Positions 35,997 to 48,005 of a DNA stretch of 64,000 nt are shown here, in pieces. Each line of letters starts with the position of its first letter. Position 1 is the first letter of the stretch. Source of the stretch: Camelus dromedarius. Taxonomy: Eukaryota. The stretch lies in NCBI RefSeq assembly GCF_036321535.1, contig NC_087440.1, forward strand, positions 1,860,001-1,924,000, read 5' to 3'. Both the position numbers and the translations under genes were made by a program. Below the pieces are notes generated by a model. The model ran no database searches and was not told where the DNA came from. It saw nothing but the letters and a program-made list of their open reading frames with translations.

Positions 35997-38900
35997 GTAA
36001 GCAAGGCCCCCCCAGACCTGCGTGGTCTCCCCGTCCACTCCTTCCCTCCTGCAGCTGGATGAGAACTGGGACCTGCAAAACTGAGAGGCAACAGATGGAG
36101 TGAGGGTTGGAATGGGAAGAGAGTTAGCAGAACAGAGTGGGTGGGAAAGACAGACAGTGTGGGGAGGCTCACTGGGAGAGGGCCCCTGAGGAGCCACGAT
36201 CGTTAGGTATCTACATCCCACTACCTCCCTGGCTCCCTGTCCCTCCTGTAAAACAAGAGTTCACCTGTAGTGAGGCCATGAGTGCCATGCGTCTGGCACT
36301 GTTCTGTGTTAGGGCTGCCCTCAGTGACTTCCCTGCAAAGCCACCCTCTCCCCTCCCATAAGTCAGCCCCACTGTCCCACAGGGTCTCCAGCCAGACAGC
36401 GTGGCTCAGGCCAGGGCCACTTCTGGGGGCACCTCCTGTAGGGCCCCACAGCTGGAAGCTCTGAGTGGCACCTCCCTTTGCTCTATATTCAGCTCCGGCA
36501 ACTTGACAGATGATGGAGGCAGCTGAGATTCTCACCGCCCACCTGACCGAGTCCTGCTTTCTGTCCCGCTTCCCCAGAGAGCTGCTCCCAACATGCTTCA
36601 CAGGCCCCTCAAGGGCATCCTCAGGTGCACTCCTGTTCTCCTTGGCACTTTGTCTCTGGAACACTGATGCAGAACTGGGAGGCCCAGCAGGAGGGCCATC
36701 AAGGAAAGGCTGGCCTTTGGGCAGAAGCAGGGAGTTGGAGTGCAGTGGGGCAGGAGTCTGAGGGCGAGCTGAATGTGACACCAGAGACTGGCCCCTGAGC
36801 CCCAGGGAGCTCCCTGACTGACTGTTCTGGTTCAGGGACAAATTCTGAGGGCCTCAGAATTTCTCAGACCCTGAAGTGTCTTTTTCACATACAACGTGGA
36901 CTTTTGGTTGCTTCAAACAAGCACATTGTACTGTGAAGAGCAGAGTTAGTGATCAAACTTCCCACAGAAGATCCTCACGGTGATCCTGAGTAGACAGTGG
37001 GAGAGGCCACCCCCAAGTACCAGCTCTAGATAAACAGCACCCCTGGGGTCTCAAGAGTGGAGCCTGCAGCACGGGGCAGCCCGTGGGCGATCAGTGCGGG
37101 CGCGTGCCGGCCTGCGTGCAGTGGAAGAAGCCGTGTCCCTGGCTTATGCTTGGCCGTCCTCCTGGAGTCACCGACTCTAGCAAAGTCCTGAAGAAAAGGA
37201 CCTTCTCCTGAGAAGGACTGCAGGGCCCCCTGCCTGGGCCACATTCACAACCAGCAGCCGCCCTCTGGCCTACTTGTCCTGACAGGATTATGTGGTGTCC
37301 AGGCCAGGCCGAGGTCAGAGGAGATTGATACTAAGGAGATGATCTGGCCACGCTGAGAGCTGAGAGGCCACGTGAGGAGACAAGCGCGGAGGAGCCAGTG
37401 ACAGGCGTCCCGGGAAGACGGCATGCCTGGTACACGGTGTGGGTGTGCGAGGGGCATGGAATGGCCCTCTCGGGGAACGACTGCCAACATGCCTGGGACG
37501 CGTCCTGCTCAGAGAAGCCGGCCCTGATTCTGCACCCCGAGAATCCAGGAGGGGCTGCGACTGCGCAGGGCTGGGATGAAGGCCTTGGTTCCCAACACTT
37601 TCCAAATACACGTTTCTGTTTCCATATGCTGTTTCCAAATGGCTGTCCAGGTGTTTCCACCCTTTCCAGGGGTTCCAGCTCTTTCCACAGAGCTGATCCG
37701 TGGTCTGAACTCTTGCCCTGGGAAGTGGCTTTACCTCTCCAGAATCCCATTAGAATCCCATGCCTCTTCTGGTGATTTCACTTGGACGTATGTGTGTGTG
37801 TGAGAGAGAGAGAGACGGAGACAGAGAGAAAGACACAGAAACAGAACCTGCTGCTGACCTGGCTTCCTCGGTGGCATGGGAGATGAGAGGTTAAGGTGTG
37901 TGATGAGGGATGAGAAGGAAAGAGGGGAGCTTGGATTTCTCGCCAGCCCCTCCTGCCTACGGTCAGCAGATATTCTCAGCACCAGGCCTGGAACCAGGAG
38001 AGCCCTCCATTGATCAGAGTTACGTGTTGCTCAGCAGCAAACTGCAGTGCTTATCAGTACCAGGGGGGCGCTGGAGTGGTCTGGGTGATGGAGGCAGCGG
38101 AGTGCGTGCCTCCTGACCTCTCAGCCCTGGCGAGGACCCGCTGAGCAGGTCCTTCAGGACACTGCGAGGGACCACATATGCCAGCGTGATGGATCTGCAG
38201 GATGGAGCCGACTGCCAGAGAAGGCTGCAGCTGAAGCAACCTGATTGTTTAGGTGACAGGTTGACAGGAGGAAATTCCAGACCTACTTATGTGTCCTCCC
38301 CATCCAGGACCCAGGGAGCGTTTGATCTGCCCGGATTCCCAGACCTTCGCAGTTTGCCTGCATTATGGACCAGAGGAACTTGAGCGTCCTTTCTAACTCA
38401 GACCCTCCGGAGTGCTGGGCCTCAGCAGTGCGGAGTTGCTTCCTGGGTGGGACAGCTGCTCCCAGCTGCTGTTGCCAATTCATCGTTGTTGTCGTAGCTA
38501 AAACTCACGTAGTGCTTTCTAGGTGCCAGGCACTGGCTTAAGCATGTTCATATAAAAATTCACTTATTCCTTTAACAACTCTGTAAGATTTTTACAGGTG
38601 AAGAATTGAGGTATAAAGGATCACCCAGCTATGTCCACAGCTAGCGAGTGGCAGAACTAGAATTCAAACCCAGGCTGCTGGCTCCAGAATCCAAGCAGGC
38701 ATGACAATGTTTACCTGCAGCAGTTAAAGTATTTTTATTTATTTCGTCTCATGGACCCCCTCATCAGTGCTCTGAGTATATCATATTGTTGCCTTTTTGG
38801 AGAGGGGACACTGAGGCTTGGAGAGGGCACACAGTCTCCCCAGGGTCACCTAACACTCGCAGGGCAGAGCCAGCCTGGAATCTGGAATAGACCCCATGGC

Positions 38901-39819
38901 GCCACTTTGTTCTATCACGTGTGCCGTTGTCCTCACCCTCCCGGACTACACAGCTGCGCAGAGGGCCCTCACGAGCCCCTGCCCCTCAGTCCCTCTGCCT
39001 CCCACCTTGAAATTACTCACGTAACACACTCTGCGTGTTGCCTGGAACATAGTCACATTGAAAGAGAGTTCACTTCCCCATTTTTCTTGACTGGAAACCA
39101 GGGCAGCACTGTTCTGTGCCCGATGCTCTGTGGACCGCCAGCAAGGCACGCAGCGTGAGCAGGGGTCTGGAAAGAGGCCCTGCTCGCGCTCCGGGCTCAG
39201 GGGCCAAAAGGGCCGTGGTAGGAAGCTTGGTGATCGGCTGTTTGCCCTTCCCCACTGGGGAGGGAAGGCTGGTGAACATGGCCACCAGTAGTGCCCCTCG
39301 AGCCATAGAAAACCTTCTAGTAAATTCATAGAAAGTAACCTGCAGAGGACCTTACAGAGAGTCTAGTCCAAGGATGGCAAAAATGTCTCCCTGCCATTAT
39401 TTCTCCGTTCCCTGCCAACCATAGACATCATCGATGAATCACGGTACTCTCCTAGCAAGCTTGGATCAGAATTCCCAGTTCAGCACCCAAGCAGCCATCA
39501 CTTGGGTTCATAAAGGAAATAAATCCTATCTGTTGTCTGCAAGTCCAACCATGTCATTTTACCAGAAGCGATACAGAAGGGAAGTGACTTGCTCAAGGTC
39601 ACAGACAGTTAGTGACAGTGTAGAGAACTTAAGGCGAAAGTTTGGGAATGGGGCACCATGAGTAAGCCTAGTAGGACCGGAGTCCAGACCTGGCAACCTC
39701 CAGGCCAGCCTCTTTCCACCCACCCCAGCTGCTCTGGCTGTCAGCTGACTAGCCTAACTATAGAGGGTAGCAGGGATGCTGTAGTCCTGGATAAGATGTG
39801 TTTCCTTTCTCATTCACAG

Positions 39820-39903
39820 CCCAGTCCTCCAAGGACAAGGAGGAGGAGAGCTCGAATCAGGAGGCCAAAGCCAAGCCTCAGGCCAAAGCAGAGAACAAAC
39901 CAG
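39820..39903 (+). CDS. SLC24A1: NCKX1 coding exon 4 (84 nt, (A)QSSKDKEEESSNQEAKAKPQAKAENKP)
   Basis: cattcacAG| ... CAG|GTGAGG; phase 1/1. Confidence 0.9.
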
Positions 39904-40953
39904 GTGAGGGGATAGTTGGACCAGTAGTTTTTTCCTGCCCCCTTCCTCCCTCCTGTGAGGCAGGGACTGAGGCGCGCCCCTTGGCCTCTCTGAGCCAGTC
40001 AGCTGGAATGCTGAGCTGGTGCTGCCCTGCCCTCTGCTGTACTCTGGCCTCCTCCTTCAGGATGTTCCCTTCCTGGCCTGGCTGCAGCTCCCTCCACGCT
40101 CTCCTCAGACGGGGTAGGCAAGGCCTGGCCGGGGGTTGTTGAACATCTACTTTTTTGCTAAATCTTGTCCCAAGTGAGATTCTATTGGGCTGTTTCTTCT
40201 TCCCGTCACTTCTACACACAGACAGTGCTGCTAGGGATTGGTCTGAGAGCAGCAACCCCAGTGAGGGAAGGCCTTCAAGGGGCCTGGTGACATAGACATC
40301 CAGCATCTGTGTGGCAGCTGGGATCTGGAAGTGAGACAGCTACTGCCCTGTGGACTCAGCACAGCACCCCAGGCCTGCCTGATCCACTTGGCAACCCCCG
40401 GAGGGAATGGACTAGCAGTCATTGTTCCCATTCTGTAGACAAGGAAACTGAGGCTCAGAGAGGTCAAGTGACTTTCCCAAAGCCACACAGCCAAGAGATA
40501 GCCTTTACCTAAAACCAGATCTCCAGGCTTTCCAAGTCTCCCTTCCCCACAATCCAATTCCAAGGCTCCCCAGCTGCTGCCTTTGAAATCTCTGGGCTCC
40601 TCTCCATGCAGTTGGTGGTGGGAAGGGTCACGCCCTGAGGGCTGGGGCTTTGCCCTCTCTCTCAGGCTGTTCACAGTATTCTTGGCTACCTGGCCAGGAT
40701 GGAAATATCTGTGCATCCAGGAAGAGGAACTTCCCAGCTGTCCTCTCATCTGTAGACATCTCTGTGGACAGGACAATAGCAATTCACATCACATAATTTT
40801 ACTCTTCCTTTTAACAAGAAATTCCCCAAACAAACCTACTGAGACCCTGAAGGGGACAAGTCCAGTAGCCCTGTAGCCACTCACACCAGCCTTGCCTGCT
40901 GCCCTCAGAACCTGGCACGCTCTCCTAACCTGTCCCATGTTTATCTTTCAAAG

Positions 40954-41045
40954 AGGAGGAGCCAGCCAAGCTCCCTGCAGTCACGGTCACACCAGCGCCT
41001 GCTCCAGACGTCAAGGGAGACCAGGAGGAGGATCCTGGCAGCCAG
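40954..41045 (+). CDS. SLC24A1: NCKX1 coding exon 5 (92 nt, (E)EEPAKLPAVTVTPAPAPDVKGDQEEDPGSQ)
   Basis: ctttcaaAG| ... CAG|GTAGGC; phase 1/0. Confidence 0.93.
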
Positions 41046-41459
41046 GTAGGCACAAACCTCTTCCCAGGAGGAGAAACTTGAGAGACCCAGGAACCTCAAA
41101 TGCTGACCAAAAATCCTTCCTTCCTGAAGGTTTGAAATGCTATTTGAGGTTCATTCCTCTGGAGTAAGCCTTGCCCCTTCTCTGAAGATCAGATACTTCA
41201 TGGCGCCAGTTAATTCACCATAAGGCCTTAGTATGAGTGAGATAATATACATGAGAATGTGTTGCCAACTGTCGCGTCCTGTAAAAACATAAAGAACAGC
41301 TGCTAAGGGGTCTGTCAGCAACTAGGGGACAGTGAGACCAGGCATCTTGAAACGCAGGGTGAGGGTCGCTGGGCAGAGGCCTTGGGACCTTCCGAGGTAC
41401 CTCAGCCTTGCTCCGGGGCTTCCTAAGTCCTGACACTGCTGCTTCGCAGACTCACAGCC

Positions 41460-41850
41460 TCTTTTTCCACCATGCTCCTCTACCTCTCGGCCTGGCTCAC
41501 ATGGCTTCCTTCCTCTACAGTGCCTTTCCCCCTCCATCTTCATATATCTTAATCTCACCCATCCCTGCAAGCTAGTGTAAATGCTTTTATTTATTTATTT
41601 ATTTATTTATTTATTTTTTGCCACGAAGCTTCCTTGATCCCCCAGCCTGAATGCCTAAAGTACTTTGTCCCTCTCTTAAGGCTCTTACCACTGCCTCCCT
41701 TGTACTCTGAGTGCCTCTTAGTTTCCCTGTTGGTGGTGAGGTTCCTGAAGGCAGGATCCAAGTCTGAGTCATCTCTGTCTACCCCCTAGAGCGAAACGCA
41801 AGGCCCCGCATACAGCTGTGCTCAGTAAGGATTGATTGACTGACAGTAAA
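41460..41850 (+). mobile_element. L2 LINE 3' fragment
   Basis: ...gttcctgaaggcaggatcc...ctcagtaaggattgattgactgac typical L2 3' end. Confidence 0.6.
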
Positions 41851-42614
41851 TAAGTATTTAGTTTGCAAGTTCCATCCTTGTTTGTTTTTTCTATTCGACA
41901 CCCAGAAACACTCAGTTATATCTCATCCTTAAGCCAGCAACTTTGGGCTCAGTGTCTAAAACTCTTCAGTTGTATCATGAGTGTCCCGAGTAGGCCAATT
42001 ACAGCCGGACAAGTAAAGAGGATTAAGAGGGTACAGAGGTATCTCCTGGAATCCCAGGGCAGGAAGTGAAGCTTGGTCCCACAAGGAGGTGGGCCTAGGC
42101 CTGAGAAGGCATCTGTGACCCTGGTGGCCCTCCCGCATGTCCCCTTCTCTGTGGGCATGCTCTATCACTTGGCCTCTCCTGGCAGCCTGGCTCCATCTGC
42201 TTCCTTATTAGCATACATAGACTTAAACCACCACCCCAGTGCCCCAGTCCACAGGGGGACCAACCAGTGACTGGCTCTCAGTCTCAGAAGAGAGGGAATC
42301 CGTTCAAACCAGGTCAGGAATCCAACCTATGTCCAATCGGCTGTGGCAGGGACAGGTGGGGTGTTTTGACTCCAACATGGAAGAAGGGAGCCACCTATGC
42401 AGGGGCTAGTAGGGATGACAGTTCTTAAAGAAGAGGGTGCAGGCTGGGCAGACAGTCCCACACCTATCAATCTAAATGACTTGTCATCTCCTCTAGGAAG
42501 CTGCCTCTCCTGATGGGAGTTGGGGAGGGAAGGCAAGAATTACTTCAGACTCAAATCTTCTCACTCTTCATTCCCAACTAAAAGCACAGATACTAATATT
42601 TGACTTCTTCATTG

Positions 42615-42785
42615 AGTGCTCTGAACCCTGGTTTCATTTTAGAATAATTTGGGGAAGCTTTGAAAACTGTCCAGGCCCCGCTTTCAACTAATTAAGTCGG
42701 AATGTCTGGGGTAGGTCCTTGGGCATAAATATTTTTAAATCCTCTAAGTGATTTTAATATGCAGCAGCGTTGCGAATCACTGAGC
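42615..42785. mobile_element. MER5A-like hAT DNA transposon
   Basis: ttagaataatttggggaagcttt...gtgattttaatatgcagcagcgttgcgaatcactg. Confidence 0.7.
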
Positions 42786-42951
42786 ATCCCTTGGGGACTG
42801 GCAGTGTCATGAAACTCATTACAGACAGCATGCTCCGCGAGCACACAGCCCGGGCCATTTGTGTAAGGGACTAGACCAGCACATTGTTACAGGTCAGTCA
42901 GGAGCGCAGTCTGAGGGCCCTCAGAATCAATGGCTGTTAGAGTGCGTGCAG

Positions 42952-43110
42952 TCAGTCCGTGGTTCCCAAACACTGGTCTGCAGGTGCAGTGGGCATATGA
43001 AACCAGATCCCTGGCTCCAGTCCTAGAGATTCTACTTCAGTTGGTCCAAGTGGGGCAAGGAAATCTGTATTTCTAATAAGCTCCCCAGACCACCAGGTCT
43101 GGGAACCAAA
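42952..43110. mobile_element. MER5-like hAT fragment
   Basis: gtggttcccaaac...ggaaatctgtatttctaataagctcccca...ctgggaacca. Confidence 0.6.
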
Positions 43111-43999
43111 GATATCATTTGGCCCCGGTATTTGCAAAGCAGGGTATCTTGGTGGTTACGAGTTGGAGTTTTAACCATATTCAAATGGCAGCTTCATCAT
43201 TTACAAATTGTGCGGACCACGGGCAAATTATTTGACTCCTCTGTACCCTAGTTTCTTCATCTGCCAGATAGGTTTAGCTCTGTATATAATCATAAGTTAA
43301 TTGACTCATGACACATAGTAAGTGCTAGTTGTTGTTGCTGTTATTATTACGCCACTTAGCATGACGCCTGGTACATGACAATCCTCAATAAATAGGTATC
43401 ATTGTCATCATTCTTTTATACATATAAGATAGCACAAGAGTTAAGGAGTTTAGTGGACTTAGCAATGTGAAGTGACCACCAAAGATATGCCATATTAGGC
43501 AACATTAATGGACGCATACTATCTAAGACTCTGTGAGGTGTTCTGTGTTGCTTTAGAGACCTCCTTGTGGGGTATAAGCTAGTTAGAATGAGTTCACCAA
43601 GAAGGGAGGGAGGCTCTGGGCCGCAGTACGGGGGAGCGATAGAAGGACCTGGGGGTCTGACCCAGGGAAGAGAGCTGTCTCGTGGGAGAGTGATTAGCCT
43701 TGTTCCGTGTGGCTCCAAAGAGTAAACCTGTCTATACACAGGGGGCAGAACCTTGGTATGAATATGGCCTTCATACCAGAGTTGTCAAGATGACAGAAAC
43801 TGCTTTAGGGGGTGAGTACTCCTGTCCCTAGAAATGATCCAATAAAGACCAGACAACCACAGGGTGGGAGTGTTGTGAAGGGAGTTTTGCTGAATGCACT
43901 GGTTTCCTCCTCGTACTCGAGCAAAAAATGATGGGGGGAATCTGAGAAGGAAAGAAGCAGAGCAGTTATTACACATGAATCTGTTGGTTTGGGCTGCAG

Positions 44000-44640
44000 G
44001 GAGGAGATGCGGCTGGAGCTGAGAGCACAGGTGAAAGGACAGGTGATGAGGCTGAAGCTCCTGAGGGTGAAAATGGAGAGCAGAGTGGAGGTGATGCTCG
44101 ACTAGAAGGTGAAGGTGAAGTCGAAGCAGAAGGAAAAGAGGAGGATGAAGGTGAAGGTGGCATCCAAGCAGAAAGGAAAGGAGATGACGAAGGCGAAGGT
44201 GAAGTTGAAGCAGAGGGAAGAGAGGAGGATGAAGGCGAAGGTGACATCCAAGCAGAAAGGAAAGGAGATGACGAAGGCGAAGGTGAAGTTGAAGCAGAGG
44301 GAAGAGAGGAGGATGAAGGCGAAGGTGACATCCAAGCAGAAAGGAAAGGAGATGACGAAGGTGAAGGTGAAGTTGAAGCAGAGGGAAGAGAGGAGGATGA
44401 AGGCGAAGGTGACATCCAAGCAGAAAGGAAAGGAGATGACGAAGGTGAAGTCCAAACAGGAGAAGATGGTGAAATGAAAGGTGAAACTGGAGAGCAGGAA
44501 TTCAATGCTGAATATCAAGGTGGAGCTGAAGAGGATGAGAAAGGTATAAATGGTGAAGAGGGAGGCAATGGAGGTGACAGTGAAGACAAGGGGGAGGAGG
44601 AAGAGGATGAGGAGGATGAGGAGGAAGAGGAAGACGAGGA

Positions 44641-44674
<34 letters not shown>

Positions 44675-44791
44675 AATGAGAAGCCTTTGTCACTGGAATG
44701 GCCTAAGACCAGGCAGAAGCAGGCTATTTACCTCTTTCTCCTGCCCATTGTGTTCCCGCTGTGGCTGACGGTGCCCGACGTCCGGAGGCTG
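44000..44791 (+). CDS. SLC24A1: NCKX1 coding exon 6 (792 nt): acidic cytoplasmic loop and next hydrophobic segment
   Basis: ctgcAG|GGA GGA GAT...; open frame GGDAAGAESTGERTG...PLSLEWPKTRQKQAIYLFLLPIVFPLWLTVPDVRRL; donor CTG|GTGAGT; the ORF track only shows the part from ATG 44474. Confidence 0.93.
44105..44440 (+). repeat. SLC24A1: Coding tandem repeat, 4 x 84 bp (28 aa: EGEGEVEAEGREEDEGEGDIQAERKGDD)
   Basis: Units start at 44105, 44189, 44273 and 44357. Confidence 0.97.
44594..44674 (+). repeat. SLC24A1: 27 consecutive Glu/Asp codons ((GAG/GAA/GAT)n)
   Basis: EEEEDEEDEEEEEDEEEDEEEEEEEEE; the polyacidic tract is a known NCKX1 feature. Confidence 0.95.
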
Positions 44792-45524
44792 GTGAGTTTG
44801 CCCTGCCGTGTATCCCCCGGGAGGCTGTGGGGTCTCCAGGCACTCCCGCGGGAGGTGGGAAGGGACAGGACAAGTCAGCGTGGCAGGGCTCCACCGCAGA
44901 GAGGGTCTGAGACGGAATACGCAGCCCCGGAGGGGACCACGCCCCTGGAGGGACATATGGATAGGTTTGGGAGGCCCTAGAATGCGCTTATTTCATAACA
45001 TCCACTGTAAGCAATGTGAACTAATTCCTCCTTGAATTCTGTCTCAGTTTCTTGATTTTAATATGGGGAATGGTGCCACTACACCCCCTCCATATTTCAC
45101 AGGGATATTGTGAGAAACTAGCGTGGTAAGTGCCAGCATTCCTATTTATCAGGAAAGATCTGACTAACATACTCCACCCAAAGGGGGACCATATTCTGTC
45201 TCCTGGTCAGCAGAGGGGCAAGGTGGGGAGAGGTTTCAAAAGCCAAACCAAACACCTAGATTTGTCTGGTTTTAGGACAAATAGGTCTCTTCCTTTTGGC
45301 ACCTGCTGAACCCCCTACTGTCTGGATGCTCCTATGGGACCAACCTCATCCTTCTCCAGACATCTTACGGTCCTCACTGGAGAAAGAGATCTCAGCTCAA
45401 ACATCTCCAGATCCTCTCCATCACTCCTCCAAGCATCTCGTCACTGATCCTGGGGCTCCCTCAGAAGGGCCAAAGACCTTTGGCCTCCAAAACTTATTTC
45501 TCTCCTTCTCCAACTTTCCAACAG

Positions 45525-45614
45525 GAGGCTAGGAAGTTTTTTGTTATCACCTTCCTGGGATCCATCGTGTGGATAGCCATGTTCTCATACCTCATGGTGT
45601 GGTGGGCTCACCAG
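45525..45614 (+). CDS. SLC24A1: NCKX1 coding exon 7 (90 nt, EARKFFVITFLGSIVWIAMFSYLMVWWAHQ)
   Basis: ttccaacAG| ... CAG|GTGAGT; phase 0/0. Confidence 0.97.
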
Positions 45615-45772
45615 GTGAGTGTACAGCGGGACATCTGCGGGTCAAAAGAGCTTTTCCTTCAGGAAGAATTTCCAGTACCCAGGCAATGGTGAGGACCAAG
45701 TGAATTTGTAGTTTATACATTGTTTGTAAAGGCTTAAAAGTAGACTTTATATTCCAATGAATGCAGTACTTG

Positions 45773-45896
45773 GTTTTTTCTTTGGAGGGGGTGGTAATTA
45801 GATTTACTTACTTATTTGATGGAGGTATTGGGGATTGAACCCAGGACCTTGCACATGCTAGGCAGGCACGCTACCACTGAGCTACACCCTCCCCCC
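45773..45896 (-). mobile_element. tRNA-derived SINE (camelid vic-1-like)
   Basis: ggaggtattggggattgaacccaggaccttgcacatgctaggcaggcacgctaccactgagctacaccctcccc. Confidence 0.9.
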
Positions 45897-46612
45897 GTGA
45901 GTGTGACTCTTCTGCTTTGTAAAGTATTCACACTGTAGCCTGACAGGAGGCCCTTCACAACCTGACCCAGCTGAACATTGTTAGCTTCATTCCCAGCTTT
46001 CTCTGGCCCCTCTTCTCTCCATCTGGTGACATCAGTTTTGCCTCCTCTCGGGCCTTTGTTCAGTCTCTGAGTGCCCACGGGTTTCCTGCTCTACCGGGAG
46101 CACTTTGCTGCTCTGTGCTGACGGAACTGCGGCTGCCGCTCACAGGCTTTTCTCTTTCACTAAGCGGAGAGCAGGCCAGTGTTGCACTGCTCATCCTTCT
46201 GCCTCCAGCCTCTAAAAAGTTGCTGGCGTTACAGGTGCACATGGTTCTGGAAATGGACGTGTGACGTGAACAGGCCTTTGGAGGGGCAGTTCTTTGGGGA
46301 AAGCAGAGGTGTTGTAGCTGGAATGACAGTAGGTGGTGTCATAGGTGGGCTTTTAGTCCCGTTTAGAGAAGAGCGGTGTCATTCACTGACGCCTTGAGCA
46401 GGGGCCCTATTCTTTATTCTTTCTTCTCCGTGCCCCCCCCCCCCACCCAAGGCGTTAGTTCCGCCGTGACCCTACCTCACTCAGGCCAAGGGAGTGTCAG
46501 CTCCCTGGAAGGTGTTGGCTTTGCACAAAGTAGTATGTGGTTGGTGCTTTGAAGAGGCTCAGATTTGTCACCTGCTGCTTCCAGGTTTCTCACTGCTGTT
46601 ACTGTTTACCAG

Positions 46613-46779
46613 GTTGGTGAAACAATAGGGATTTCTGAAGAGATTATGGGTCTGACAATCCTAGCAGCAGGCACGTCAATCCCTGACCTCATCACCAGCG
46701 TGATCGTCGCTCGGAAAGGCCTGGGAGACATGGCTGTGTCCAGCTCTGTGGGCAGTAACATATTTGACATCACCGTGGG
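46613..46779 (+). CDS. SLC24A1: NCKX1 coding exon 8 (167 nt, alpha-2 repeat [17 protein letters not shown])
   Basis: gtttaccAG| ... GG|GTGAGT; phase 0/2. Confidence 0.97.
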
Positions 46780-47755
46780 GTGAGTGGCAAAGTTGCTTTC
46801 TAAGGCACATTAAGTACGACTGGAAAACACTGTTGGCTGTGTGTGCTGGGTTCTTGCCGCATTCATTACACGTGGAATAAAAGGGCACTGATATGAGCTT
46901 CTGCAAGGCAATAAAGTACCCTCCCTTCATTCACCACAGCCAGATAGGATAACAGAACTGAAATGCTGCATGAAATGTAACTGACTGGAATTCACAGGTG
47001 AGTTGAAGAATGAAGTCCATTAAATTCCACTACCAGATACAGTCAAGTGCTTTGCTCACTGACCTCCAAGGTGGTGGAGGTGGGGCTGGACAGAGCAGTG
47101 ACTCACTCTCACTTCCTGATATTCCTGCTCCTTTGCATTGGGATTCCTGCCAGCCCAGAGGCTCTAAAAGCATTTTGTATAAACAAGCAAATGCCACATC
47201 CCCCTGCACAGGTTCCCTTACCCTCTCTTCCCATCTTCAGAGCAGAGCACCTGCCCTATTTTCATTTCCCCAGTCGTGTCCTGGATTTGGGTGGTGGCTT
47301 TGGTTTCTTTAATTTGAATTTGTCTATGTGTGTATTTGCAGGGTGCAGTAGGTAAAGGTGCACAGGAGGGCCCTGATTAGTACAGAATTGAAAGAGATGT
47401 TACCCTCAGCTAGGCCTTGTAATAACTGATGGAGAGGTCACAGTGTCACACATCTACCAACTTGGGTTAGTCACACCGGAGTCATGAAGTATGAAGGAAC
47501 CAAACTCAGCCCCAGAAAACCTGAGTTTCAATCTGGGCTCTCCCAGTTACTAGCTGTGAGTCCTTGGGCATGTAATTTAATTTCCTTGAACCTTAGTTGC
47601 CTCACGTGTGAAATGGAGCTGGTATTTTCTGCTCTGCTTCATAGGTTTGTGTGTACGTGTAAAAATAAGTGCTTTGAAAATTGTAAAAACACTGTGAAGT
47701 GCATGGAATTATTATCACCGTGAAGAACACTGACATTGTTTCTTCCGCCTTGCAG

Positions 47756-48005
47756 CCTGCCCCTTCCGTGGATGCTTTTCTCTCTTATCAGTGGCCTGCA
47801 GCCTGTCCCAGTCAGCAGCAATGGCTTGTTTTGTGCAATTGTGTTGCTTTTTCTCATGCTCCTGTTTGTGATCTCCTCAATCGCATTATGCAAATGGAGG
47901 ATGAACAAGATCCTGGGCTTCACCATGTTCCTCCTGTACTTTGTATTCCTCGTCATCAGCGTGATGTTAGAGGATCGAATCATATCCTGTCCTGTGTCTG
48001 TGTGA
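47756..48005 (+). CDS. SLC24A1: NCKX1 last coding exon (250 nt, ...EDRIISCPVSV*)
   Basis: ccttgcAG|C CTG CCC; TGA at 48003-48005; summed CDS 3537 nt is divisible by 3. Confidence 0.97.

Noticed and set aside
44105-44440. Regular repeats (84 bp here, 22 bp at 5005-5079) as a CRISPR-like array
   Set aside because: Head-to-tail copies without unique spacers, in a mammalian genome with no cas genes
43969-44518. Long repetitive ORFs in other frames and on the minus strand (Ser/Pro-rich 178 aa, Phe-rich 138 aa, Lys-rich 122 aa)
   Set aside because: Shadows of the GA-rich 84-bp coding repeat; the frame starting at 44000 is the one continuous with NCKX1
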